The notes: generated from the sequence alone by a model not told the origin. DNA of 61,525 nt, filler included, from Diploschistes diacapsis (GCA_023645945.1; 6 parts of 6 records of this genome joined end to end with filler, not necessarily neighbours in it); one strand, 5' to 3'. Positions 23,848 to 36,939 are shown, counted from the first letter of the whole stretch. Program-made: numbers and translations.

Positions 23848-25332
23848 ATGGCAGTGGCAGGAAGCCATAATCTAAGCCAAGCCGCCAACAACTTTCTCGA
23901 AGTTTACTCTCGTGCATATGGTAGTTATGACCAGTATGCGAAAAAAGCAAAGACTATCTGCGACAAATTCCTTGAGGACGTCAACATGCCTCCAAATGTC
24001 ACTTGTCGAACGAAAGACCAAGATAGGCTGAGGAAGAAGCTTGAAACCCGTCAGAAGACGTATCCGGATGAATCAGAGCAGGGTCTGTTCGATAAGATTA
24101 GAGATCTTGCAGGCGTTAGGATTGCGGTCTATTTTCCTGACCAAAAAGCCGGAGTAGACGAACTCATCCGTCAAGCCTTTGATGTGAAGGATGATTACGA
24201 ACTACCGGATCCCAAGGCCAAGCAAGAGCAAGCTACAGAAGGTCAAAGCAGTACAGAGGACGGCAAGAGATCGTCAAATGCTGTACAGAAGCTAAAGGGA
24301 GACCACCTGTACGCGAAGCGCTTTGGCGAGTATAGAGGCCATCACTATCACGTACTTCTCCACGAAAAGGACCGACCTTTCAAAAGCGGTAGCCGTAATC
24401 CCTGGTGGGTGGAAGTCCAATTAGTCACCGTGCTTTCAAGCGTGTGGAGTCAAGTGCAGCACGATATTGTCTATAAACAACTCACGGGCAAGCCGTCTGA
24501 GGACGAACTAAGGATCATTGATGGCTTCAATGGATTGGTGGGATTGGGGGAACTGCTCTTGGAACAGCTCTACAGGACGCACCATGGTCGAAAAGAGGCC
24601 GAGAATACACCCTTTGCTAACAAGTACGAACTTGGTCATTCTCTTCAAAAGTGGATGCTAGAAAACATTGCGGGCAACAAGACGCCTGTTCTCCATCTCG
24701 ATCCGGATCCTGATCCCATTCGCGCACTTTTAGTGTTTCTCCAAACTTTCGACCTGCAAACCCCAAGGAAATTCAGTGAAGCTCTGGAGAATCTTGGGCC
24801 TCTGGACATAACATCTGAGGCATTTAGTCAGGGCACTACAAGTGTACCTTTGCATATCATAATGGAACTCGTGAAAGATGGTGAGCGGAACAATAAAATC
24901 GAGCAAGCAAAGGAGTCTCAAATCAAATGTTTCCAAAGACAACAATGCTCTGAGGCGCTGCAGATAATTGCAAGCACTATCATGTGGATTGATGAGCTCT
25001 TCCGGTGTCGAATCATCCTCGCAGGCTGGGAAACTACCCTGTTTTCCGACCCCATAGCACAAGGGACAAAAGACAATCTAGCTTGGCTCTTGAGGATGGA
25101 AGATGCAAGTGTTTGTGTGACATCTTCTTTCACCAAGAACTACACACCAAAGCCGGCGGATTGGAAGAAGATTGAGGGTCTTTGGGGATGGCTAAGCAAC
25201 CACGCCAACAACAACGTCCAATTTGCATTTGGCTTATCGTGTTATGGCATGCGAAAGCTACAAAGCGATATTCACCATCTACAGAGCATCGGTTCCTATC
25301 TTATATATTCTGGCCTACTGCCGAAAGTCTAG
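23848..25332 (+). CDS. RelA/SpoT synthetase-domain (small alarmone synthetase-like) protein with an unknown C-terminal domain, intronless
   Basis: Syn motifs occur in order: CRTKDQDRLRKKL, IRDLAGVRI, EYRGHHYHV, VEVQLVT and WSQVQHDIVYK. Confidence 0.85.
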   Translation: MAVAGSHNLSQAANNFLEVYSRAYGSYDQYAKKAKTICDKFLEDVNMPPNVTCRTKDQDRLRKKLETRQKTYPDESEQGLFDKIRDLAGVRIAVYFPDQKAGVDELIRQAFDVKDDYELPDPKAKQEQATEGQSSTEDGKRSSNAVQKLKGDHLYAKRFGEYRGHHYHVLLHEKDRPFKSGSRNPWWVEVQLVTVLSSVWSQVQHDIVYKQLTGKPSEDELRIIDGFNGLVGLGELLLEQLYRTHHGRKEAENTPFANKYELGHSLQKWMLENIAGNKTPVLHLDPDPDPIRALLVFLQTFDLQTPRKFSEALENLGPLDITSEAFSQGTTSVPLHIIMELVKDGERNNKIEQAKESQIKCFQRQQCSEALQIIASTIMWIDELFRCRIILAGWETTLFSDPIAQGTKDNLAWLLRMEDASVCVTSSFTKNYTPKPADWKKIEGLWGWLSNHANNNVQFAFGLSCYGMRKLQSDIHHLQSIGSYLIYSGLLPKV

Positions 25333-25548
25333 GGCGTTGGCAAGACAAGATAACCTTATGGCTTAGAATTTTGTTATTTCTTGGCAGTGTTCCGTGCCTC
25401 CTTTTTTGTTGTGTTTTGCAAGGATTATTTTATCTACGGGGAAGTTAGTTTCCAAAAAACCAACCAATAAGGAGGTGCCTTTACAGCAGTTCAGGCTAGC
25501 AACTTCCGTAGCCGACGCCACAAAAAGCAGGGTCGTTTGAAGAATGCT

Positions 25549-25630
25549 TGTGTAGCGTCGATTTGACCAATATCGTATTTAGAAGTCGTTTGTGTAGCGT
25601 CGATTTGACGAATATTGTATGTAAAAGATA
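25549..25630. repeat. Two-copy tandem repeat with a 42-bp period
   Basis: TGTGTAGCGTCGATTTGACSAATATYGTAT at 25549 and 25591. Confidence 0.85.
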
Positions 25631-25806
25631 GTTTGTCTGCCGGAAGGCCTCAGATGTGGGTAGCCCTTTTACAGGCCATCAATGGAACTGATTTCTAGCT
25701 CCGTCCAAGACCAGTAATTCCTAAGCGAAGCGCAGGACTATAGTACAGATCAAGTAGAGTATATAGATGAAGTAGTTGTATTGGCGCTACTATTTTGGTC
25801 ATGGTA

Positions 25807-26000
25807 CAGTCACGTCCCAAAAGTAATAGTCCTTCCACCAAAACATACTAAAGTTTTCGCATTTTAGGAAGCTCTTAATTTATCAATTAAAGGTTTTAGG
25901 AGTTGAAAAGATTATAACGGACATCTAAAACTACGCTCAATATATATAAATTCTTTTAAAAAAACTTCATGCGATATAGAGTGATTAATAACACGATAAA
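25807..26000 (+). mobile_element. End of a RIP-degraded Tc1/mariner-type element, cut by the contig end
   Basis: TA|CAGTCACGTCCCAAAAGTA matches the right TIR of the 6580 MITE at 17/19 positions. It is followed by an abrupt shift to TpA-rich, AT-rich DNA. Confidence 0.6.
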
Positions 26001-26100
26001 NNNNNNNNNNNNNNNNNNNNNNNNNNNNNNNNNNNNNNNNNNNNTTAATTAATTAANNNNNNNNNNNNNNNNNNNNNNNNNNNNNNNNNNNNNNNNNNNN
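26001..26100. other. Artificial contig linker
   Basis: N44-TTAATTAATTAA-N44. Confidence 0.98.
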
Positions 26101-29040
26101 GGTGGAGGTGGACTGGGGAACCGGGGGGCAAATATTAAGAAAAAAAAGAAAAAAAAGAAAAGGGGGTTAAAAAGGGTCGCGGAGGTTTTAACGTGGGCGG
26201 AAGTTAAGGAGCTGCGTTGGCTTTGGTCAGGATATACGGAACGAATGAATGAATGAATGATGAATGAGTGTGCAAAGGTTTTGGATGGAATATATACACG
26301 ACAGGGAGGATAAATAAAGGTAGGGTGGAAAGGCGACGCGCTTCCTTCTTTTCTAGTTGTTGGCAGTGCGGTTGATGATACCCGCTGCTGCTACGTATAG
26401 CTTATTTTAAATCCTGACATGGGCAATTCGTTCTCGATTAAAGATTTTTTGGTTGGAAGAGAATATATCCTCGTGCCGCGAGGGCTAAATCTGGTGGCGA
26501 TGAAGGCAGGCGGCTTTATTTATGGAGTCGTGGATTGTATCTGAAACCGTGCTGGTAACCGGAGAAGAAGGATCAGAGGGGGGGATGTTTACTAGGAGCC
26601 ATATGGGTACAGATAATAGAAAAAAGAAATAAAAACTACGAAACGGATGGATATGTCACTAAATCTTTATGAACCATACTGCGACTTTAAATAAATTTAT
26701 TATAGTGCCCAACAAGACGTATCTACTATCGAGGCGCTGATGGCGTTAAGCACTCGAATGCTGGCAGAAATTGGGCAGATAGCAAGCGTCATGCAGCTCG
26801 GGTGGCAACTTCCGGAGATATTGATGTATGATCACGAGCTCAAGTAATAGAAGTGCGATCATGGAGTCCGCAGGCGTTGCTGATGAAAGGTGACACGAGA
26901 AGAGGATGCAGACACACGACCTAGAAAACGGACAGAAGCAGGGCACGAAGGGAGCAGGTGATTGGAATGCTTTACAGACTCGCTTCCGGGGAGAATCATG
27001 GCCAACGAGAGATCCGTCCATGTCTGCAGTTATCCGGAGACTCTGACACGGTTGGCATATTTGGCGATGGGTGAAGGTCTCGGCAGCTGTTTTCCTATTC
27101 ATGGCTTCATACATGTGGAAGAGCTCCACGGCATTCCACATCGTCCTAGACCTCTTCAATGCTCTGCCCAGACGGCCAAGTGCTAGCTGAACAAGTACAC
27201 TTTTCTGTGCAATTCTTCGAATTCGAAGAAAAGCCTTGATCATGTCTCAGGAGTACAGAGTCAGGAAGTTCTCCTTAAGACCCCCTGCTCCCGGTGATCG
27301 GCGCGGCAGGCATCCGCGCTTTGACCTCGACAGCGACTTCGAATATGGAGCTTTAACAACCCAGGTCTGTAATGACTTACCGTAGTAGATCGTACAAGGA
27401 TATGTGGAATTTTGTTTCAAAACCACCTTGGGTCGATAGGCTCGTGGCTGGTCAGCCTGTAGTTTACTAAGAAAACTGCGCGGATGAAATCCTATGCTCC
27501 TGGAGAGTCCGCATTGACGTAGCTTAGCATCACAGCATCGTGGCGAGATGGTGAATAGTATCCTGAGATGAGGTCCACCGGCACATACGTACCAAAATCA
27601 TGACCTCTTGTTCCGGTATCTGATAGGGTCTACAGTCCACAAGAGTCCTGGCCGATCCAATCCTATCAGCTATACGACGAACAACTCGATAAATGAGCTA
27701 CTGTTATCATAAGCACTGTTATCATAAGCGGCTGGAACGTCAGCATACCTTTTAAGTGAATATCCAATCGATGATCCAGTCGCCGATGTCCGAGACACGC
27801 TTGGGCATGCACCCACCCAGCTCGCCAATGCTGATGGTGCAGCATCCGCCATAAGCTGGACATAAGCTGGCCAGCCCCGAGAGCCTGCAGGTAGGCGGCC
27901 GTTGCAATCCGTCGTCTATAACAAAGGACAATCCTGGAAAGTTTTATAAACATGAAGCGGAGTATCGCATCCGGAACGCCCAACTTGCCAAGGGCGTCGG
28001 ACAATATGCTTGCAAGTGCCCTTGCATCGTGCTCTCTAAATATTTGCAATATCCCCTCAAGTCATTCTTGCGTCTTGGCACTTAAGGCATGCAGGACTCC
28101 CACGGTCCACGAAGATCGGAGCCTTAAAATTGACGATTGAATACTGACTCTGAATGCATCCAGTTGCCGCCTCGTGATCAGCAGCCTCTCGCATATTCAG
28201 CAGATCCAAGATCCAAAGCGTCATCCCAAAATGCTTCAACTCCACCGCCACGCGACGCACGCCAACTCAACTACTGCCGAACGTTACTTCTAGTTCCCAT
28301 AGCCTCCAGTTCGTTGCAATAACCCCAGTCCAGGAGCTTCCTCGGAGTGGAGACCAGTCTATCGAACTAGTCCATTACCGACCAGAAAACCGTATCGAGG
28401 ATAGATAAACGGCCAGTTGCTCCGTGGCGCAGCTCTAGCTGCTAGGCTCTCAGAATGCTGACCTCTGGGCCATGTGTCGGTGACTTGGCATGACAGCAGC
28501 CTGAGCAGCTGTAAGGTTTTTACCCGGATGGCCACAGCTGAGTGGGTCGTCGAGACTGGCCTCAGTAGCTTTGATGAACATGGCAGCACCTCGTCCAGAT
28601 CGGGTAGCCTTCCCGCTATCCAAGCTGCTCTTAGTGGCTACCTGGCCGTAATGCGCGAGTCATCGCGAGACTGACGGGTAGAGGAGCCTATGCCGCGGAA
28701 CCAGCCTCGATATCCGCGTCGTAAGTATCTATTAGTCGCGGCTGCTCAAGAGGGCCAGAGCTAGTGGAAGTAGTGTTAATATACGCTCTTCATTCAAGAG
28801 TTGGCGACAACAGAACCGTTTGAAAATGACATTGGCCGTTCTTGATGCCGCTTGTTAACGGTTGAGTCACATCGTGCACTTGCGGCGAGCTTGAGTGCCG
28901 TGACGGACTCATGAACCAGGTCGGCGCTACAGTGCATCCACACAGTTTTCTGTGAAGGTTACACGATCAAGCCTCGCCAAGCGAGTCCCGGATTGTAGCC
29001 CGACCTCGCATCCCCACAACCTTTTTTCTCTTCTTTTTCC

Positions 29041-29993
29041 ATGGCAGATTGGCGAAAGACGGTCTTGATCACAGGGTGAGATATGTAGTTGTTCAACAAA
29101 TATATACTTATGATCCTATAGTTGCACAGCCCCAGGCATAGGATACCATCTCGCGCAAGCTTTTCATCGCCATGGATACCGAGTGTTTGCGACTGCCCGC
29201 AAGGCAGAATCAATAGCTTTATTAGACGAGCAGGGGATAGAGGCCCTGAGTCTGGTAGTGGACGATGAGAAGAGTGTTGAAGAATGCTTCGGTCGCGTGG
29301 AGAAGCTGCTTGATGGTCGTGGTCTTGAATTTCTGATCAATAATGCCGGTAGGAGTATGTTGTATCGAATCCCGCGAAGGAGCGAGGCTGATCGTTGCAG
29401 ATTACACCATGCCGGCTTTGGACGTGCAAATGTCGGAAGTTCGGACGACATTTGCCAGCAACCTGTACGGTGTGATGCTTGTAAATAAGACTTTCATTCC
29501 TCTGGTCCTGGCTGCACGGGGTGCCCTCGTGCACATTGGCTCTGTCGCAGGATACATGCCGTATCTGTTCGGTTCGGCCTATAATGCGTCCAAGGCTGCG
29601 CTGCATGCGTACTGCAACACGCTAAGAATCGAGCTGGCGCCATTCGGAGTCCATGTGCTCACCCTCATTACCGGGGGCGTCAAGTCGAATATCGCAAGAA
29701 CTGAACGTCAGCTACCCGAAGGAAGCCTGTATGCGCCGTTCGACAAGCAGTTCCGACGCAGAGTGACCCATAGCCAGGAAGTTACCATGAAGACAAGCGT
29801 ATACGCGGAGCAGGCGGTGAAGGAGTGCGAAAACGCTCGTGGATGCCTGTGGAGCCGGAACGAGGTGTGGATGGGTTCTCGAGTCTGGCAAGTCTGGTGG
29901 GGGGTCCATATCGATGGTTTCTGGCCTGGGGGACTTTGGGGACTTGTAATGAGCAAAATGTTCGACATCAAGTCGCAAATTAAAAGCAAGTAG
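29041..29993 (+). CDS. ayr1: Short-chain dehydrogenase, Ayr1-like (1-acyl-DHAP reductase), 3 exons
   Basis: Spliced TVLITG|CTAPGIG Rossmann motif, VFATAR, LINNAG, catalytic YNASK, and RIELAPFGVHV. Confidence 0.85.
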
Positions 29994-31023
29994 CGCCTAT
30001 GGTCCGGTGGAGGTCATTCGTCAGATACTAGCTAGATACGCCTACGAAGTAATTGCATATCGGCTCTAGCACCTCAACGTCGAGATAATGAATAAGAGAG
30101 AGGCGCGGCGCATATGCAGCTTTACCTCGTGCTCCAGGGAAGGTTTAGTTTCCACAGAGAGCAGAAAGGTTCCTTATTCGCAGTAATACTGGGCATCCTT
30201 TGGGTCAGCTTGAGGTGAAGCTCAGTTTCATACTGTACCGTTGAGATTGCGTCGAGAAATTTCCCAGCAAATTTCCAAGCCGGAGCATGAACAGCTCCTC
30301 GCCTGGTATTCTTCGGTCAGACAGAGAGGTTATCAGTAGTCGAGAGAGTCATTGCTTGTATGGCCGGAAAGGAAGCTCACTCCGGTGAAAGGGTAGGAAA
30401 GTGCTTTGTCATGCTTCGTCCAAGTCAAGCCTCAACTCGATCAGCCGCCAGTGTCTAATCTTCGATACCATAGCAGGATAGTTCTTTCGGTAGGTTCCCT
30501 TCCAAAGGCATTGCCCGAGGCGAGTATCTCGGCCAGATCATACTCGCCTGGATCCTGGTTTTCCACCGGTGGCTTGACGTCGGATGCAGTTTCATCCTTA
30601 TACTAGAAAGAAAGACTCCTGTATATCATGATAAGCGAAGTTTTCATAGTAGAGAAATGCCAGTGGCGGAAGGAGAGCAAGTATTGACGATAGATATTTA
30701 GTTTCGTCAAGCCTGTACCTCCTCACCTAGCTCAATGACCTCCTTCGCATCGAACCTCTCTGATTTGCTACCACCCTCAGCGGCGCCCTCTCTCGCCTCT
30801 TTCGGTCTAGAAATTGAAATTGAAATGCGTGTGCCCACAGGCCCAAACCCTCACCTTCCTGCCCAACCCTCCCCGCTCACATCCTTAGAAAAATCACTCG
30901 AAATCAGACTCCCCTTACGCCTCGGCTCAAGAGCCCTCTCGTCAAGACTTGGACTCCAGTGCGTTAGTATCGCGACAACCTTAACGCTAGGGTCTGGCCT
31001 GCTTGCTCGACCTGCTCGTTCAG

Positions 31024-31520
31024 TTACGCCACATCACGCCTATGCGCCGCATTATGCGCCTCCACGTCCCATCCCTCGCCGGTGCGGTAGAAACCGTTGA
31101 GGCTCTTAAACACATCGGCGGCTCGCGAGGCGGGTACGTGCGAGAAGAGACTGCAGCCCAGGACCACCACGTCCCCCCAATCTGGACTAGGCTTCGGTAT
31201 GCTGAACGAGGCGCGGTCCATTAGTACAAAGAGGCCAGACTCGGATCGTTCTCCTGCCGTGGGGCGATGTCCATTTCCAAGTCTCGCAGCACCGAGGGGG
31301 TTTCTGGCCAGGTGGAGCGGTACGCATCGTGGCGGTTTAGGAAGGCGAGCATTTCGTCGCCATGGGCGCCTGCGTTGTCGATGTCGCGTAGGAGAGCGAG
31401 GTATGGTGCCGTGGGCGTGATGGAGAGACGTCGTAGGTTTTGGGGGTCTCGGGTGCTGAGAGGATTTGCATGGTCGCCGTGGTTCCTTGGAGGTGTAGAG
31501 GCGTGGATGAGATAAAGCGT
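31024..31520 (-). pseudogene. Possible frameshifted relic of an unidentified gene
   Basis: A GC3-rich frame (PYLALLRDIDNAGAHGDEMLAFLNRHDAYRSTWPETPSVLRDLEMDI) stops near 31221. It appears to continue in another frame (MDRASFSIPKPSPDWGDVVVLGCS). No clear start codon. Confidence 0.3.
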
Positions 31521-34500
31521 AGTGTAGAGAGTCGTTTTATAATTGACCGTATAGGCCGCAGCGTACGGGAAGATGCGAACGTACCCTTCTCTTAAAGGGC
31601 TAACCTTACACTTATAATTCTAGCATTTGGAGAGATACGCGGGACCGCCGATAAGATTTGTATGTACATGTATGGAGCTGTTGTCGAGATAGTCATTACG
31701 GAGAGAGTCCTCTGACGATAGAAAAGGCGCCTGTGTATACACGGAACCTAATAGAGTTCTTAGCAGCGACCGACACATTCATGAAGGCCTCATGGGTAGT
31801 TTCTTTGCGCTGGATGCATAGGAGAATTAATGCAGTGGTTACTGTGTCGATCAACAGCTTCCATCAGCTGAATTTCCTTATTGCTCTCCCGTTCTCGGAT
31901 GGTCTGAAGCGAAAGTCTGGTAGATATAGAGAAGCATTTGCACAGTCAGACACCTTGACCTGCGAAGGGTATCCAAAGCGGCCAGGAGCACGTTAACCAC
32001 TATCTTAATAGGATTCTAGAGATTCAAAGGCCTTTCTCTGTGGATCAAAACCACGAGATCGATGGTATTGTGCTGTAGCCTGCCATCTTGATGCGTCGAC
32101 TGTGCTCAAGGCAGCTAAGCAAGTACTGCATAGTCCAAGGGATCGCGAGGATGTGCTTCAAGAAACGTCGCCTTCACGCCGCTGTGTACAGAAACGATAG
32201 CGAGACGGACCAGATATTCACACTTTATTGCAGCTTAGAAAGAGGACTATTAAGAAATACCTCCTTGACATAGGCGTTATGCAGTCCGCCAGCTAAACTT
32301 CCCCGGCCAGCGCAACGAACCCCCTTCCACTCTCCCGGCCCTTCTTCCGTATCCTCGCCGTGGCATCCTTTCCATCCGCCGCCACCACCACCGCCGCCCC
32401 CGCCACAAGAAGTACGACTCCAACGCCCTCCCACTCCTGCAGCTCTCCTCCCGCCCCCTTCGCCGCGAAAGCGAGCGCAGCGCTCGTGTACGGCGCGGTC
32501 AGCTGACAGATTGACAAATCGACAAACCACCAAAGGGGCTGTGCAGTGTAAGGCGCTATCGGCGACGGATTGTGGAATCCGAGGCCGTGATCGAGGCTGA
32601 GACGAAGGACACGATTGACTCATCAGTTAGCGTACGGTGCGGCGTGGCGAGAATGTTGCGGCCAAGCTTAGGCGGGTGGGGGCTGTGGCGGAGTGAGTTC
32701 GACCAGAGTGTGTCGGCTGGTGGGGGATGGACATTATGGCGGTGATGTTTGATGCTAGATCCGAGCGAGATGGGCTTCTCAGCTCGTGAGGGTTGGTGGT
32801 TAGGGGATCAGGTTGCGGATGGTGAAGGGTTGTAAAGGATCGGCAAGGAGGATGGGAATGGAAGGAGGAAGGGGCAAGAGCAAGGAATTTCCTGCGTATG
32901 GTAGATCATAGCAGTTTGAAGACACGCACTATGGCCAGTGTGTCCGATAGCGCACTGGCACCCATACTTTTGGGTGAGGACTTCGGGTCCTTTGCTGCTT
33001 CTCGAAGTAATTTCTGTCTTCCTATCAATGCCATTCTATCTAAGAGTATATGAAGTATACGTTCAAATTGCGAAGCTATCAAAAAGGACAAGCATTTCGC
33101 CTATCGTAACTATACCTTCTCCCGTACGTACATAGATGATGCCCGCATGGATATTTACCCAACAAGTGCTCCGTTGTCTTGCACACAACTTTTTTGGTAC
33201 TAGCACCTCTTACAGACATACTTAGCTTCGATTGCCTAGGATTAGAGTTGGAAAAGGAAGTGACTTGGAGATATGGTACGGGTATGGTGGTACTGGAAGG
33301 TATGCGGGGGGTATGGGGTATTCTGGAGAAGTGTCTGAGAACTAGTGGGGATAGGGGAGTGAAATAGGCGCGCGAGTAAAGCAGAAGAATCGATAGGAGG
33401 CTAGGAGGGCAATGGAAGAGGTAGGAGTACGGCAGGAGATAAGGAAGAGACGAGCAGGGAGAGCTAGATTCAGAGATAATAGTTAGGGGCCGAAGGTAAA
33501 CTAAATGCGGCAAGTAAGAGGCAAGTAGGGAAAGGGTAGGGAAGAAGGTGTGGTAGAAGGACAGGTAGGAATGGGGCGGGTAAGTAGAAGGGAAGAGATA
33601 GGATCATGAATGCAGATTGGTGGCTGTCGAAACCACCAATCGTCTATAGAAGGCATCAAGTGGAAGGAGTTCCTTCGAGAGGTAGTGGAGATTGCCAAAA
33701 GGAAACGCGACCTTGGACGTGTTTCCTAGCGCCCACAGGAGATCTGGAAACGCTTCACACAGACCCAGACCTACCAAGCATCTGGAGCATGCAGAGAAGC
33801 GTTATGAGTCTCAAAATCCCAGAAATCTGCCAGCGAACATTAGGGCGGCAGGAGCTTACCAGATTCCTGTGTATCGATGCAGAATACTTGAGTAGCGGAG
33901 AGCCAAAAAAGGAACTGGGGCTTCCACTTACAGGCGTTCTAGCCCATGAACCGGAATGGGTTTCGTACGGAGATTGCTCCAATACTTCCCCTTAGGGTCT
34001 GATTGGACGCGTTGAAACTGGGGTGGGTGGGAAGTGATGGAATCAAAGTAGGGTAGGATGACAGGCAGGTAGGTTGGCAGGACGGCAGGAGGCTGCCAGA
34101 GCCCTACAGAGGAGACAAGAATGGCTTGAAAGAAGGAATGGTAAGCACCAAATCAAAGAGAACCGACATCTTTGGCCTGTCTTTTCTTGGCGAGATAGCA
34201 CAAGAACCGGGGATGTCTTAAAATAACTCATACAAAGAAAGGATCCTAGCCTTGACTTCCTTCGAGGTTTATGCTGCATATTTTCCCCCAAAACGAGGGT
34301 GTACAGAGTGGGAGACAAGGCCTAGGTCTCCAGAGCTGCAACTCAGCGAGCACAGAGAGAAAATGATAAAGTCTAGAAAGCCAAAGGCGAATGAAATTAT
34401 CGACGCCTTTCTGGGTGCATGAACTAGAACTTCATCCCCAAATGAAACACTACAGCCCGCCATCGGACCTAGAAGTTTTTTGTTAAATACATCTATACAG

Positions 34501-34599
34501 ATGAGGCGGTAACAAGGGGGGGAGTTGGAGAGTACTATTCTATGTACATGGCAGAAGCTGCAAATCATGGACACTAAATCAAGAAAACTGATACTGCTG

Positions 34600-35410
34600 C
34601 AGCAGGTGGAAGAAACAATGAAGGAAGTGTTCTGAATGGTTTCCAGTGCCAGTGCTAGAATGCTGTCGCGTGTAAAAAGATCTTAGCCTGGACCCTTTCG
34701 GCAAAGCCTGAAAGTGCCTGCAGGAAATATCTTCGTATGAAGTAGATGGTAATAGGACGACAGTTTGAATGGCCCTGTAGTAGTAGAGTAGCACAGCAAA
34801 GCAGAGGCGTCCATGTTGTTCCCAACGCGGGCGCTGAGATGCTGCCGTGTGAGAAAGAGCAACCAAGGTGCTTCAGCCATCGGGTTTCCAGCGTGAGCGC
34901 TGTGGTTGCTGTCATACAGAGATCTGGATCAATCTTGAGACCCTTGGGATCGATGCATAATACACATAAGTACGGAAATCATAGGTTATATTCCTATAGA
35001 GCTGCAGATCGTCGAATAACTTACGGAAAGAGTCCCGGTAGAGAAGGATCCAAAGCCTTTTACGTGTATTCCAGCGCGAGCAGTGCACATGTCATAAGCC
35101 GTACAAAGTAGTACTCGTTAGCGTCCAGAACGATCCTGGAGATCCTCAAGCATGCGGGAACATAGAAAGCTGCCCGCAGGTGCTAAAGCTAGAGATCGAC
35201 GAATGCTAACGGAGTGAATGCTAGTAACGAAGGCGCAGAGTCTTCTACGTATTTTCTAGCGCGAGCGCTGGTGATGCCGTCACCAGGGATTAGAGGTCAG
35301 GAGGTTGAAAGATTTGCAGATCGGCGAAGGATTAACGGAAGGGGGGTGCTAGCAGAGAAGGAACAACGCCTTCTAGCTGTTTTCTAGCGTCAGAGCTGGG
35401 ATGCTGGCGA
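34600..35410. repeat. Degenerate array of six hairpin-forming repeat units
   Basis: TTCYAGCG-like anchors at 34641, 34820, 34886, 35069, 35254 and 35382. AGATCGNCGAA...ACGGA lies 61-64 bp upstream of the last three. Confidence 0.6.
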
Positions 35411-35735
35411 TCGAGAGCTTCCTGAAGTGGGATCATATGAGTAAAGTAGAATAGTGTTGTTTGAAGCTGCCATAAGCTTGTAAGTTGCAACTAACGGCCC
35501 CGTCAGGAAATGAAGCAACAGAATACTACCTTTGTATGTAGTAGACTTGATGGGGACTCTTTCTGCCCCATATTCCAAGTGCCAGGCCGAACCGTGGAGC
35601 GGAGTTCTACCGAGCGCTGGAAATCCTATCGTAAATTGTTCGAGCAGGTGTCAATTCCGAAACGACGTCTGTGGCTTCATGATTACGTTGTATCGTTGTA
35701 TCGTTGTAGCAATCTAAAAGCTGACACCCCGAAAG

Positions 35736-35787
35736 CAGAACGTCTGCGGCTTGAACACGAAAACAGAACGTCTGCGGCTTGAACACG
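35736..35787. repeat. Perfect 24-bp direct repeat with a 28-bp period
   Basis: CAGAACGTCTGCGGCTTGAACACG at 35736 and 35764. Confidence 0.9.
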
Positions 35788-36939
35788 CGGACAAATCATG
35801 GCGTCCCGCTAGCCATCTTTCAGGTTTTGAGACAAACAACCAGCGACTTGGAGGATAAGCCATGTTATAGGTGCCTTCCTCCAAGTAATCAAAGATCGAG
35901 GGCAACTTGGGCAGCTGGGGCATGTCTCCTATTTATCATGTGTGCCGTATTGTCCGTTTTGCGCACAAGGCAAGGGCTCTTGGAAAGATGCTTACCCTGT
36001 AGCGTGTGCATTGTTCAGCACCCCAAAGCATCCATCGATCCCCAAACTCGCATATCCATGCACGCATCTGCTGGAGATCGAACGTTCTAGCATTCTTCTA
36101 GGCCTTTTCTCTCGCGTATGTACAGAGTACAGTAGTGCCACATTGGAATTGGCAAGCGAGGCCAGTCCCAAACTGCGGTTGCAATTATATTGTCGAGCCT
36201 GCTGCGAGTTGCGTGGAGGCTTGCAACAAACCTGCACGAGCTATGCCAAAACAAGGCTCTCGGTAGGAGTCTCTCCGACACTTTGTGTTGTTCCCGGGAT
36301 CGATGGCACGTCGTTGGCAGCTTTTGTCGTGCTTTCTGGGAACATATGATTTGCGCCGTTTGGGGCCCCCAGCCAATGTTCGCTGACAATGCATAGATTC
36401 GATCAGGTTCAACTTCTAGCGTAGCTGTCACTGCCTAGCTACGATTAGCCTGTGCAGCCACGAGATCCTTATTGGCGCTTACCTGCTAATAATTCGGGCT
36501 TTGTAACCCCAGCTTCATAAGCTGTTACGGCGCATGAATTAAGGTACCTCTGCGGGGTTGTCGAGTGCATGGATTATAAGCGCGCCTATTGTGCGCGATG
36601 CGAGCTCCAGCCTCCAGGAAAAGATGTAAGATGTAAGATGTCCAGCAAGGATGATGGGCTGGCTGGTGGTCATCTCCACGGCAATGCATTGGGAAGGTGG
36701 ATGGTTCCATCCCCGCCCATTTATTTTTATTTCCCCATATTCTTGGTCAACTGAATGCGCCTCTGGTTGGAGCCCTTGAACCAGCCCAGATGGAAATCTA
36801 GAAGCTCTGTTGGGGAAATATAAAGGTGTCACACGCCCTAAGCTCTTGCCATCTCTTGAGCTCTCCGCACAAGCTCACGCAGGTGGAGGAAAAAACCTTG
36901 TACAGCAGCAGCTTGAATACTACAAGCATTCGTGCCAAG

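Noticed and set aside
32225..32740. Small minus-strand gene with a GPI-like C-terminus
   Set aside because: No consistent start or splice model, and no recognisable domain.
34600..35410. CRISPR array
   Set aside because: Eukaryotic context, degenerate units, irregular 66-185-bp spacing and no cas genes.
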